A DNA stretch of 63,453 bases, counting the filler, from Chiloscyllium plagiosum (Eukaryota): the NCBI RefSeq assembly GCF_004010195.1. It is 4 parts of one record of this genome, joined end to end, with 100 filler letters (N's around TTAATTAATTAA, not from the genome) between each part and the next. Parts side by side here need not be neighbours in the genome. Positions count along the whole stretch, not along the records: positions 1 to 27,607 come from NC_057713.1; 3 more parts are not named here. One strand, written 5' to 3'. The notes beneath the pieces are model-generated. The model ran no database searches, had not been told where the DNA came from, and saw only the letters and a program-made list of their open reading frames with translations. Below are positions 11,450 to 24,225 of the stretch, in pieces. Within the stretch, counting starts at the first letter, position 1. The number at the start of each line of letters is the position of its first letter. Position numbers and translations under genes: made by a program.

Positions 11450-12735
11450 TTTTGGTCTCCTTCAGTGGTCTCCAGCATTACAGATGCTAATCGTCAGCCA
11501 ATTTAATTCACTCTTCCTGATATCAAGAAACGGTTGGAGACACTGGATACTGCAAAGGCTACAGGCCCTGACACCATCTGGCAATAGTACGGGCTACTGA
11601 ACTTGCCGCTCCCCTAACCAAGCTGTTCCAGAAAAGGTACAACACTGGCATCTACCCAACAATGTGGAAATTGCCCAGGTGTATCCTGTACACGAAAAGC
11701 AAGACAAATCCAACCCAACCAAATACCACCCCATCAGTCTACTCTTGATCATCAATAAAGTGATGGAAGGGGTCATCCACAGTGCTATCAAGCAGCACCT
11801 ATTCAGCAATAACCTGCTCAGTGACACCCAGTTTGGGTTCCGCCAGGGCCACCCAGCTCCTGACCTCATGCCTTAGGTCAAACATGGACAAAAGAAGCTG
11901 AATTCCAGAGGGGAGGGGAGAGGGACAGCCCTTGACATCAAGGCTGCATTCGACTGAGTGTGGTGTCAAGGAGCCCGGGCAAAACTGGAATCAATGGGTA
12001 TCAGGGGGCAAACTCTCTTCTCGTTGGAGCCATTTCTGGCACAGAGGAAGATGGTCGTGGTTGTTGGAGGTCAGTCATCTCAGCTCCAGGACATCTCTGC
12101 AGGAGTCCCTCAGGGGAGTGTCCTCGGCCCAACCATCTTCAGTTGCTTCATCAATGACCTTCCCTCCATTTTAAGGTCAGAAGTGGGGATGTTTACTAAT
12201 GATTGTTCAGTGTTCAGCACCATTCATGTCCCCTGGGCCACTGAAGCAGTCCATGCTCAAATGCAGCAAGATCTGGGCAATACCCAGGCCTAGGACCTCA
12301 AGTGGCAAGTAACATTTGTGCCACACAAATGCCAGGCAATAACCATTTCCAATTAGAGACAATCTAATCACTGCCCCTTGACACTCAACAGTGTTACCAT
12401 CCCCATTAGCAAAACCCTCACGGTTACCATTCACTAGAAACTGAACTGGACTCGCCATTTAAACACATTGGCTACAATAGCAGGTCAGAAGCTATGAATC
12501 TTGCTGTAATTAATTCACCTCCTGACTCCCCAAAGCCTGTCCACCATCTACAAGGTACAAGTCAGGAGTGTGATGGAATACTCCCCACTTGCCCTGGATG
12601 GGGGCAGCTCCAACAACACTCAGGAAACTCAACACCATTCAGGACAAAGCAGCTGCCTGATTGGCCCCACATTCACAAACATTCACCACTGACACTCAGT
12701 AGCAGCAGTGTGTACTATCTACAAGATGCAGAAAT
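11450..12735 (+). mobile_element. CR1/L2-group LINE reverse-transcriptase remnant, frameshifted
   Basis: Translated motifs YHPISLL..INKVME, QFGFR, GVPQGSVLGP and FTNDC (decayed FADD), spread across frames with stops. Confidence 0.9.
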
Positions 12736-13094
12736 TCACCATTTCCCTTACTCCCCACTGACGGCTGGGCCTTCAGTTATCTAAGCTCTCAGACTAGGTA
12801 TTCCCTTCTCAGACCTCTGTTTCTCTCTCCATCCTCCCCTTCAAACCTTTGATTGCAATATTGTCAGAAAACCATCCCTTTTCATCGTAAAGCAGGTTTA
12901 AAATGCTACATAAATAAGGACTTCCTTCAGCCAGAGGCTGGTTAATCTGTGGGACTCATTGCTATAAAAGGCTATGGAGGCCAAGTCATTGGGTGTGTTT
13001 AAGACAGAGATAGAAAGCTCCTTGATTAGTAAGGGGCTCAAGGATTACAGGGAGAAGGCAGGGGAATGGGGTTGAGAAATGTATCAGCTTTGGG

Positions 13095-13420
13095 AAGATA
13101 GTGGCCTTGTGGTATTATCCCTAGGTGCTTAATCCAGAGACCTAGGTGATGCTCTGGGGGCCCAGACTCAAATCCTACCTCAGCAAATGGTGAAAACTGA
13201 ATTTTTAAAAAAATGGAATCAAGAGTCTAATAATGAATCCATTGTTGGAAAATCCCACCTGATTCACGAATGTCCTTTAGGGAAGGAAACTGCCATCCTT
13301 ACCTACATATGATTCCAGACCCACAGCAATGTGGTTGACTCTTAACCCTCCTCTGGGAATGAGGGATTGGTAAATGCTGGACTAACCAGTGATGCCCATA
13401 TCCCATGAATGAATGAAAAG
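13095..13420 (+). mobile_element. Meta-like tRNA SINE nested in a CR1 3' end
   Basis: Core TTCACGAATGTCCTTTAGGGAAGGAAACTGCCATCC and tail GATGCCCATATCCCATGAATGAATG; CR1 tail sequence lies on both sides. Confidence 0.75.
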
Positions 13421-14107
13421 AATCAGCCACTATTGATGGGCTGAGTGGCCTCCAATATCGTCTGGTAAATGCAAAGTATTGCCTTTTTTTGTTGCATTCG
13501 GTCTAAAAAAGCTATCCTCCCATTATCTCGGTTTCCCTTGCAGCATCTGTCACTTGTGGGCTATTTCTCCTCAGCTCGATCACATTGTTAGCTCGGTGGG
13601 TGCCCAGTAAAGACAAGTGTACCCCACAGCCCTCTCCTCATTGTATCGAAGCTTTAATCCTTCATACAGCAGAAAACAAATGACCGAGTGTTTATACCAG
13701 CTGCCCCCTCCCACATACCCTGCACATCCTCGCCAGCACGCTCTCCTTTTTTTCAGCCTGGACACCAACTGGGGAAACGCTAATTAAAGATGTGCTAAAG
13801 TTTTCTTAAGCTGGTCTTGCTGAGATCTGCAAACCCATTCACATCCTTCGGAAAATGCGAAGATATGTCAATGGGTTTAATGATCAGGTGCTCTCCATGT
13901 CCTGCAAGAGGGGAGATTGAGTTACCGAGTTCAGAGACGGTCTCTGCTGCTGTGGATCACACACTGTTCTGGTAATTATCCGACTGCTCCTGCACAGTCC
14001 ATTCCTGCCTTTTCCCGCCCTCCCATTGACCTCCGGGCAAACAGTTTCAGAACCACACCAAATAAGAAGTCAACAGTTCAGGTGGACTCAGTACTCCAGA
14101 CAAGTAA

Positions 14108-14590
14108 TAAACAGGAGAAGGCCATTCGGCCCCTCGAGCCTGCTCCCCCATTCAATAGGATCACAGCTGATCCGACATTCCTCACACCCACCTTCCTGCC
14201 CTTTCCCTCGATTCCCCGACTGATCCAGAATCTATCGATCTCAGCCTTAAATATACACAAGGACTCTGCCCCCACAGCTCTCTGGGGCAAGGAGTTCCAA
14301 AGACCCCCAACCCTCAGAGAGAAGAAATTCCTCCTTGTCTCAGTCTGAAATCGGTGCCCCTTTATTCTGAGACTGTACCCTCTGGTCCTAAACTCTCCCA
14401 GGAGGGGAAACATACTCTCAGCATTGACCTTGTCAAGCCCTTTAAAAATCCGATATGTTTCAATGGGATCTCTCTCATTCTCCTAAACTCCAGGGAGTAG
14501 AGTCCCAACTTGTTTAACCTTTGCTCATGGGACAATCCCTCTTCGAACTGCCTCTGATGAAATGATATCTTTCCTTACGTAAGGGGACCA
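14108..14590 (-). mobile_element. CR1-like LINE 3' portion
   Basis: Minus-strand ORF RTRGYSLRIKG...RRNFFSLRVGGLWNSLP...FKAEIDRF is the CR1 ORF2 C-terminus. Confidence 0.9.
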
Positions 14591-14780
14591 CAGAATCAGA
14601 TGCAGTGACATGAGGCTATGCTAACTATGAGGCACCACATTACACAAATCGTCAGCACTCAAAACTCGGACGGAATTGGATTTTTCACAGTTCCTCCCCG
14701 AACAGTGAAATGCTCTGCTGTCAGCTCAGAATTGGCTGGGAGAATCGTTACAATTTAAAGAACGCATTGCTCTTTCAAAA

Positions 14781-14945
14781 TAAAACAGAAACTACTGGAG
14801 AAACGCAGCAGGTCTGCAGACAGACGAAGAGTTAACCCCGCGAGTTCGAGATGACTCTGTCTTCCTCCACTAACACTGCTAGAGCTGCTGAGTTTCTCCA
14901 GCATTCTCTGCTTGAGACTTCCAGCACCCGTGGCATCTTGTTTTT
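14781..14945. mobile_element. Degenerate palindromic family-C insertion
   Basis: CTGGAGAAACGCAGCAG and CTGCTGAGTTTCTCCAG are inverted arms. Confidence 0.6.
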
Positions 14946-15109
14946 AATATGTTGCTGATTGAGGCTGATATGAAAATGAAATTTAAAATGATAATGGAAT
15001 GTTGGACTTCTGGCTTGGAATACACAAAAGGGTTTAGGTTTTGTCATTCATTTCTGGCTGGGGCACACCTAATTGTTATTCAGGAGCTGGTGCTGAGCTG
15101 CCTTCTTGG

Positions 15110-15580
15110 TGGTAATGGTTGAGTGGGGGATATGCCGGGCTATGAGGTTACAGATTGTGCTGGAGTACAGTTCTGCTGCTGTTGGTGGCCCACAGTGCCT
15201 CATGGATGCCCAGTCTTGAGTTGCTAAATCTGTTTGAAGTCTGTCTCATTTAGCACAGTGATAGTGCCACACCACACGATGGAGGGTATTCTCAACGTGA
15301 AGGTGGGATAACTTGTCCACAAGGACAGTGCAGTGGTCACTCTTACTGATACTGTCATGGACAGATGCATCTGCAGCTGGCAGATTGGTAAGGATGAGGA
15401 CAAGTCTGTTTTTCCCTCTTGCTGGTTCCCTCACCACCTGCTGCAGACCCAGTCCAGCAGCTGTGTCCTTTAGGACCTGACCAGCTCGGTCAGTAATGCT
15501 GCTGCTGTGCTATTCTTGGTGATGGACAGTGAAATCCCCCACCCAGAGAACATCCTTACCACCCTCAGCACTTCCTCCAC
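15110..15580 (-). mobile_element. LINE apurinic-endonuclease remnant
   Basis: Minus-strand ORF VREPARGKNRLVLILTN...SDH matches the APE-domain C-terminal motifs. Confidence 0.8.
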
Positions 15581-15964
15581 GTGGAACAAAACAGCGAGGG
15601 CTATTGGTGTGTTCCTGTACATGCTTATCGATGAAAAGATTCTGTTTCTTAAAATAAGTGGCTTTGATAACGTCTAACACAGGTACCTATACTTAAGTAG
15701 CATATTTAATGTACAGAAACACTCAAAGGCATTTCACAGGAGTGTCACTGACATCACTTGGTACTGTGGCGTTGGCTCAGGTGACTGAACATTTAGCCAA
15801 ACAGTGAGTTAGTGAGAGGAGTCATTAAGAAGGAAATTACGGGAGAGGGACAGAAAGGTTTCAGGAGGGATATCCAGAGGTTCACTCCAAGGCAGCTGAA
15901 GGCACACCATCCAATGGCGGAATAATTAAAATTGGGAGTGCTCATGAGGGCAGAATTGGAGGAA

Positions 15965-17080
15965 CACTCACAGACACGGACACACATACACACACACATA
16001 CATACACGCACACATACACACACTCACACACATACACACACACACTCATAAACATATACACACACACACTCATACACATTCACACATACACACACTCATA
16101 CACAAACATACATGTACACACATACACAAACACACACCCTCACACAAATACACACACACAACATACACACACAAACACACACACACTCATACACATACAA
16201 ACACACANNNNNNNNNNNNNNNNNNNNNNNNNNNNNNNNNNNNNNNNNNNNNNNNNNNNNNNNNNNNNNNNNNNNNNNNNNNNNNNNNNNNNNNNNNNNN
16301 NNNNNNNNNNNNNNNNNNNNNNNNNNNNNNNNNNNNNNNNNNNNNNNNNNNNNNNNNNNNNNNNNNNNNNNNNNNNNNNNNNNNNNNNNNNNNNNNNNNN
16401 NNNNNNNNNNNNNNNNNNNNNNNNNNNNNNNNNNNNNNNNNNNNNNNNNNNNNNNNNNNNNNNNNNNNNNNNNNNNNNNNNNNNNNNNNNNNNNNNNNNN
16501 NNNNNNNNNNNNNNNNNNNNNNNNNNNNNNNNNNNNNNNNNNNNNNNNNNNNNNNNNNNNNNNNNNNNNNNNNNNNNNNNNNNNNNNNNNNNNNNNNNNN
16601 NNNNNNNNNNNNNNNNNNNNNNNNNNNNNNNNNNNNNNNNNNNNNNNNNNNNNNNNNNNNNNNNNNNNNNNNNNNNNNNNNNNNNNNNNNNNNNNNNNNN
16701 NNNNNNNNNNNNNNNNNNNNNNNNNNNNNNNNNNNNNNNNNNNNNNNNNNNNNNNNNNNNNNNNNNNNNNNNNNNNNNNNNNNNNNNNNNNNNNNNNNNN
16801 NNNNNNNNNNNNNNNNNNNNNNNNNNNNNNNNNNNNNNNNNNNNNNNNNNNNNNNNNNNNNATACACTCTCACTCACAAACATTCACACACATATACCCA
16901 ACACATTCACTCACATACACATACTCACTCAATTACTCATAAACACACACTCTCATGCACATACACACTCAGGCTCTCTTATATGCATACACACTCACAT
17001 ACACACACATTCTCTGTCACACACACTCACACATACACACTCGCACACACTCACACTCTCTCACACACACTCACTCACTC
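15965..17080. repeat. (CA)n-rich compound microsatellite containing a gap
   Basis: CA, CATA and CTCA runs flank an N block. Confidence 0.9.
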
Positions 17081-19052
17081 GCCAAGACTTTATAAAGATC
17101 CTGCATCCACTGCCTTTTGAGGAAGGGGATTCCAAAAAATCATGACTCCCTGAGAGAGAAAAGGTTTCCTTGTCTTTGTTTTAATTAGGTGAGCCCTTAT
17201 TTTTAAACGATGACCTCCACCAATTCTACATCCTCCCACAAGAGGAAACACCTTTCCAACATGTAGCAGTCGAGCCCCCTCAGGATCTGTTTCAACCTCA
17301 AACAGGGGAAGGGATGGGTCGGTGGATATGGGAATGGAGGTTGTGCTGGGGACGACCAGAGGCAGTGGCTTCAGTCTGCCCATCATTTACCAGGAGTGGG
17401 GAGGGGAGGAGAGGGGAGGGCAGGGCAGATATAACTGCTCCCCCTGTAAAGGACCTGAGCTATAGCAGTTTTGAGACTGTGAGGGGGTTGAGAGAGCTGG
17501 AGGTGAGGCAGGGCTGGCTGCTGTCAGTGCTCCCTGTTGAAACAGGCTGCGAGTTTGGACAGAACATGGTTGAGAAATAGGACGGGGGCAAGGGGTAGAT
17601 CCTGGGTGTGCCTTCATGATAATTGTCACTGGAGCATCAGCATTGGAGTTTTATTTAGTCTGGAATAGAACTTGAAGCTATTGGAGAGGGACAACAAAAG
17701 GTAAAATCTCATGGGGATGAAACAAGAGCAGAAAGCAGTTGATGAGCTGTGGAACAACAGGAGTGATGGGCTGATTGGGAAAGGAGGAATTTAGGACAAG
17801 GGATACAACCTGGTGAAGACAGAAAAGAAATCCACAAAATGAAGAGATGATGAGAGAATCACAGCGTTATACAGCTTTGCACCTCTGTTGTATTTCAGCT
17901 TGCTGTGTTGAAATAACAGATTGCAGAGGTTTGACATCGCTGGAAAAGACATTAATATATGTGCCGAGCTGCCTCTGAAGACTTCCTTCAGAGATGCTAT
18001 TTGACATCACTCGGGGAAAGCCTACTGGGCAAATCTCTGGTAGTTTAGATGCTGTCATCAGCCAAAGAATGAGGTAATCACAGAAATCAGATGGAGGCTG
18101 ATTGCGAGATGCACCCTCCCTGCGTATTTTTCTCTCTCTCAAAATTTGCAACATAAAGAACTCAGAAATGGGCCCTGAATCACAACTTCAGCTAAGCACA
18201 CTTGCTTCAAGAATGGAACAAAAATGACTGTGGCCGTGGGCCTGAGTTCCTTGTGATTGTTATTAGATTTCTCTTGAGATTAAGGAGCATTCTTTCCCTT
18301 TGCTGTGCTCACTGTAAAGGCCGGAGGCTGCGATGTTCATGGTCTCTCCCGACATCAGCAACCACAGGAGGCCATTCTATCCATCTGCTTGTGCTGCCTC
18401 TTTTGAAAAAGCTCTTATGATTATCCCCATTCTATCCTTAACCTCCTCTTTTGCCCAAAGCCCTGATATTTTTTTCTCTATGTGACATTGGCTTCAAAGA
18501 GGAACCGTTCTTAGATTAAGATCATACAGGATCGGTGCAGGGGTGGACACTGTAGCCACTGAAGTTTCAAAGAGTAAGAAGCATCCAAGATCCTGAGGGG
18601 TTCTGACAGTATGGAAAGGCTAAGGTGGTAAGACTTCGGAGCAACAGTAAACCATTTCAGGCTCATATTCATTCACGGCTGATCTGATAATCTCCAACTT
18701 CACTTTCCTGTCTTTTCCCTATAACCCTTGATTTCCCCAACTGATTAAAAATTCAGTCTTAAATAAGACTGAAAGGGGGAATCCAAGATGGCGGTGTCCT
18801 GTTAGGGTCACGTTTGCTGCGCTCTGTGCTGCAACACTGACCCAACAGAGCTGGAACCCGTCGCACACACTTTACTGTGAGTAAAAACACAGTGAAGGGG
18901 CTAGAAACCCAAATAAATAGACGTACCTTTGTCCTTGCAGCTGGAGAATGTTGACAAAAGGAGAAGGCTCACCCAAGGCTGGGGGCCCACGGCCCAGACT
19001 TCTGAAGTAGTGGGCTTGCTTACTCAGCAGACCCTGGAGCTGGCCAAATCCC

Positions 19053-19747
19053 ATGAGGTCCTGGGGAGGCAGATCCAGGAAAACTATCGAGGAGAAGCTG
19101 GCTCCTGTGTCAGCTATGCTCCAAGACCTGGGAAAAGGGACCAATGAGCTCAAGCGCCGGGCTGCAGGAGTAGAGGCAGAGACTGACTCCTCCAAGAGCC
19201 AGATTGAAGCCCTGGAAACACAGGTCCGGGGTCTGTTGGATCTGGGGGACAATCTTGAAAACAGGGGCAGAAAACCTGTGCATTGTTGGCATACCGGACG
19301 GGACAGAAGGTGAGCGGCCACTGGGGTTCTTTGAGAAGTGGTTCCCGGAGTTCCTTGGTTTGGAAGGTGAGACGGGAAGGTTAACAATTGAAAGAGTCCA
19401 CTGAATCGCGGCACGAAAGTCAGGTGTGGATCAGTGCCCACACCCTGTCCTGGTATGTTTCCATCATTATAAAGACAAGCAAAGAGTCATGGAAGCTTCT
19501 AGAGCCCAGGGGAGGGTACCCAAGGGTGTTGGTATGTGGCGACTCTTGGGTCATGTTTCTTCAAGACTTCTCGGCGGCAGTGGTCTGGAAAATGAAGTCC
19601 TACAACGGTGTCAAGAGGAGATTGAGAGAGCTCGGGATCCAGTATTCTTTAAGATATCCAGCAGTGCTTCGGATCAATTAAAATGGATCCATACGTTTGA
19701 TTGACTCACCAGAGAAAGTGAAGAACCTTGTGGACACGTCGACTTAA
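19053..19747 (+). pseudogene. L1 ORF1p (coiled coil + RRM + CTD), frameshifted
   Basis: Consecutive ORF-track pieces starting at 19053, 19204, 19426 and 19388 together give the L1 ORF1p motif order. Confidence 0.85.
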
Positions 19748-19799
19748 GTCAAACACTCAAATACGCGCAGAGGACAGAGCTGTTCGGGTTTGTTCATCT

Positions 19800-21190
19800 T
19801 TAAGAAGAACTTGGTGAAGAATCAGCAGGACCTTGGTAGATGGGAGGCGCTTCTGATCTCTTGGTTAGATCAGGTAGCCCTGATTAAAATGAACATTCTG
19901 CTCTGCCTGTTGTATCCTATGCGAAAGCTTCCTTTGCTTTTCACTAAACAAACATTTCGAAGACTGAGTGGCTGATTCAGTTCTTTTATCTGGTATCACA
20001 AGCGGCCCCTAATTAAATTGACTAAATTGCAGTTCCCTTACAGACTGGGAGGCGTGGGCCTCCCAGATATCAAAAGCTATCAATTAAGCTCGTTGCTATC
20101 TTACGTGAATGATTGGGCCTGGGGGTGGACCCTCACTCACTTTGGTTGGACATTGAAGCATCTCAGGCAAGGTGCCCCTTATTAGCATGCTGTTCTTAGA
20201 CAAAATGACAACAGTTAAGGAATATTGCCGTAGCCCAATAGTCATCAATACTGTCAAGGCGTGGAAGGGTAATGCATCATGGTGAGGGCAATATTGCCAA
20301 AATATCATTTTTTTCACCCATAGCTGGTATGGCCTCTGGGTTTGAACTTCGAGCAGCCAGGGGCGTGTCTTGCCTGGGTGATTTATTCAAAGGGAGCCAT
20401 ACTGATATTCTTTGACCAGTTGGCTCGGAAATATGAATTCTTCCAAATTAGAAACTTCATACAAAAAGAGACCACGCTTCCAACAGATCCTTATAGGTCC
20501 AACATGGAGAAGAGGGTGTTGAGTGCTGAAGGTACAGTATCTATTAGCAATGCTTATCATTTATTGGGAGAGGGTCCCTCTGACGAGACCGAATGACTCT
20601 GTAAGGTATGGGAGAGGGTGTTGGACATTCAGATCTCTTCTGGAATATGGGAGGAAGCCTGGGAAAATGCAAGAAGGATCTTGATTTACAACAGGACCCA
20701 CGCCTTGCACAGGGTCTCCACAGGGTCCATCTAGCCCCAGACCGCTCTGCTATATTTAAAGTGGGAGCATCTCCAACATAAATGTAAGGTGAGCGTGGGC
20801 ACACTTACTCATTGTCTTTGGTCCTGCCACAGACTGTGGACATACTGGAGTGCTGTGGTAGGTGAAACAGAGAAGTCCTTGGGGATTGAGGTGGAGATGG
20901 ACTCAGTGTCTCTTCTTCTTGGCTTTGTTCATTCCCTTTCATTAGGTGCACACAAAAACAGGCTATTCAGTGTCCTCACCTTCTGTGCCAGAAAGAACAT
21001 TCTATTCGGGTGGGTGTTGGAAAATTCCCTGGGGCTGGCGGGCTGCTGTGAACTAGACATGGAACACATCCCCTTGGACTTTCTGAGTGTGGTGCACCAT
21101 AAAATAAAGAATTTCTATAAGAGGTGGCGGCCCTGTTTGAACTACCTGGGTACAGACCTGTCCACTATACTAATAAGAGCCTTTATATAG
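19800..21190 (+). pseudogene. L1 ORF2p C-terminal part (post-RT region and Cys-rich domain), disrupted
   Basis: DLGRWEALLISWLDQVALIKMNIL...FIW...GGVGLPD resembles the L1 post-RT region; GTLTHCLWSC is a zinc-knuckle remnant. Confidence 0.85.
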
Positions 21191-21779
21191 CCACGGCAAT
21201 TCTACGTAATGGATTTGGTGTCCAGAGGGAAGGAACTACGAACATATGAATATGTAGAAACTTATACGCTCGATGATCGAGGGCTATTGCATTGTTTGAC
21301 TGAGCTGTGTTATGGTTATCATCATCATTATTATTATTATTAAGATTTTCTTTTGTTAGCTTATTATTATTACTATGTAATTAGTGGGTTTGTTTTTTAA
21401 CATTGGTTTGAATTGGTTGGTTTTGTATTTGTTGTAATATTCAAAAGAAAACAAGTGTCCTTTTTTAATAAAAATATATTTTTTTAAAAATAAGACCAAA
21501 AGACATATGAGATGTTTCCTCATCAGGCAAAATCTAGAACTAAGGGGTCACTATTTCAAAACTAAGGGTTGTCCATTTAAGAGACGGATGAGGAGAATAT
21601 TTTATTCTCAAAGGGTCTTTGGAACTCACCTCCCGAAAGGTGGCAGAAGCAGAGATATTGTCTAATGCAAAAGCAAAGATAGGCAGATCCTGGCAAGCAA
21701 GGGAGAGAGAGGTTATTGGCTTTAGGAGGGAAGATGGAGTTTTTATTGATCTCATTGATAATACAGCAGGCTCCATAAA

Positions 21780-22140
21780 ACCATAAGAAATATCAACAGG
21801 AGTAGGCCATTCGGCCCCTCGAGCCTACTCCCCCATTCAATAGGATCACGGCTGACCCGACATTCCTCACCTTCCTGCCCTTTCCCCTGATTCCCCGACT
21901 GATCAAGGATCTATCGATCTCAGCCTTAAATATGCACAAGGACTCTGCCCCCACAGCTCTCTAGGGCAAGGAGTTTCAAAGACCCCCAACCCTCTGAGAG
22001 AAGAAATTCCTCCTCATCTCTGTCCGAAATTGGTGCCCCTTTATTCTGATACTGTACCCTCTGCTCCTCGACTCTCCATGAGGGGAAACATCCTCTCAGC
22101 ATTGACCCTGTCAAACACCTTAAGAATGATTTCAATGAGG
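21780..22140 (-). mobile_element. CR1-like LINE 3' portion
   Basis: Closely homologous to 14108-14465. Confidence 0.85.
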
Positions 22141-22892
22141 CTGGAGGGGCTGGATGGAATACCCCCGTTGCAGATGTTGGATGACCCAGCCTCTATGGCT
22201 GTGCCTCCATTGCCAGGCACTTGTTCTGATCCTGACAGCGATTAGGCCAGGCCTGTTTGTGTAATCATAGCACGGTGTCAGCACCTCAGGAAGATAACAG
22301 ACCCCGTGCGCATCAGGGATGTGTGAATGGCCTCCGATCGATCATCTCCAAATCCAGACCAAAACTTAAATGCGAGAAAAGAGACACTTTTAAGGAACAA
22401 AATCACTATTTCCTCTTGCATCTCAGCCACAGTGTGGAAGGCTGGCTCAGTCATAAAGCTCTGACTTTGCCTGTTGGGATTGGAACGTTCTCAGGCTTGA
22501 GCCAGCTAAGCTCAACTTTCTCTGTTCCACTGATCCAGCTTAACAGAGTAACTCAGACCCAGGGTTATCTTCCTTACCCATCCACAACAGATTGCCGAGG
22601 CTCTTGAGACTAACCGCATCAATAAAAGATGATGTTAACTCTTCCACGTCTCACCACAAAGAGTTTTCTTTCGATAGCAGGGAAGAAGGAACAGCTCTTT
22701 CAGTCGCTCAGTCACACAGAAGTTGCTAAACAGAGGGATGAGTCATCAAAACTATTCCCCTTGAGGGAGTGGGGTGTTTCTGGATGTGCAGGAGGGGAAA
22801 CAGACAGCTGTGACGCTCAGTTCAGTTCCACTTGCTAATCTCAGACTCCAACCAGATATTAGCATTTCCTGGGTAGGTTCCTGTGTTTCTCA

Positions 22893-23085
22893 GAGGAGAA
22901 AGTGAGGTCTGCAGATGCTGGAGATCAGAGATGAAAATGGGTTGCTGGAAAAGCGCAGCAGGTCAGGCAGCATCCAAAGAGCAGGAGAATCGACGTTTCG
23001 GGCATGAGCTCTTCTTCAGTAATCCTGCTCCTGCTCCTTGGATGCTGCCTGACCTGCTGCGCTTTTCCAGCAACCCATTTTCAGC
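22893..23085. mobile_element. Palindromic family-A insertion with 14-bp TSD
   Basis: TSD TCCTGTGTTTCTCA at 22879-22892 and 23086-23099. Minus strand reads CTGAAGA-A-GAGC-TCAT-GCCC-GAAA-CGTC. Confidence 0.8.
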
Positions 23086-23656
23086 TCCTGTGTTTCTCAC
23101 CCAATTCCCTGACTCAGAATTCCTCAGGTTCCTGAACACAGACTCAGAACCTAATTTCACTGTTCAGGATATTGGAACATTTATGCCATTCACTTCCAAA
23201 TAACAAGGTGTGGGTGATGAAGAATGCGCATTGCAGGGAAAGGCCTTTGCCAATGTTCAGACATGGTTTCTATGACCCAGAACTGCTCAACATTCCCCAT
23301 ATCCCTGCTCACCATTTCTATCCAAATAGCCATCCTATGTCCCCCTTGAGTGCCTCAGTTGAACCTGCCCCCCCTCACATTTCAGGCAGTACACTCCACA
23401 CCCTAACTACTCACTGGGTGGAAATGGTTTTTCTCACATCCTCCTTGCTCCAGCTGCACACCAGTTTAAATCAATGCCTGCCTCATTTTTGCTCCTTTTA
23501 CAACTTCTCCCAAGTGACTCTATCCAGCTTGCTTACTATTTAGTAAATCTCGACTGAATCTCCTCTCAGCCTTCACCTCCTCAAGAGAGACCAGTCCCAT
23601 TGGCTGAGGGGCACAGCTTTAATATTCTACACTTGCCTGTTCAAAGTAGACTTGTA

Positions 23657-24225
23657 GGACAGCACGGTGGTTAGCACTGCTGCCTCACAGCGTCAGGGAC
23701 CTGGGTTCAATTCCCGCCTCAGGCGACTGTCTGTGTGGAGTTTGCACATTCTCCCCGTGTCTGCGTGGGTTTCCTCCGAGTGCTCTGGTCACCTTCCACT
23801 CTTCAAAGATGTGCAGGTCAGGGTGGAATGGCCATGGGAAAGTGCCCGTAGTGTTCAGGGATGGGTAGGCTAGATGATGTTATCCATGGGAAATGCGATG
23901 TTATGGGGATACAGTGGAGGGGTGGGTCTAGGTGGGATGGTCTTCAGAGGTTAAGTGTGGATTCAATAGGGCCAAATGGGAGTGGTGCTGGAAAAGCACA
24001 GCTGGTCAGGCAGCATCCGAGGAGCAGGAACATCAACGTTTCGGGCAAAAGCCCTCAATCAGGAATTCCTGATGAAGGACTTTTGCCCGAAACGTCAATT
24101 TTCCTGCTGCCTGATCTGCTGTGCTTTGCCAGCATTACCATCTTGACTCTAATCTCCAGCATCTGCAGGACCCACTTTCGCCTCGATGGGCCAAATGGCC
24201 TCCTTCCACACTGTAGGGATTCTAT
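23657..24225 (+). mobile_element. HE1-type SINE interrupted by a palindromic family-A insertion (about 23980-24183)
   Basis: HE1 head and core. GGGCCAAATGG is duplicated either side of the insert, which contains CTGATGA-A-GGAC-TTTT-GCCC-GAAA-CGTC. Confidence 0.8.

Larger units (their letters stand above)
18776..21487 (+). mobile_element. L1-clade LINE with both ends, internally deleted (no EN/RT)
   Basis: 5' GGGGAATCCAAGATGGCGG; ORF1p motifs (DNLENRGR, NLCIVGIPDG, TIERVH, FLQDFS, YSLRYPA); ORF2 post-RT region and HCLWSC; T-rich 3' UTR with AATAAA; TSD at 18761-18775 and 21488-21502. Confidence 0.9.

Noticed and set aside
16112..16942. Long ORFs spanning N gaps (also 8993-9451 and 57284-57951)
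   Set aside because: Open only because Ns are untranslatable and the flanks are microsatellites.
19053..19747. Domesticated L1TD1-like gene
   Set aside because: ORF1 has multiple frameshifts and stops and sits inside a TSD-flanked element.
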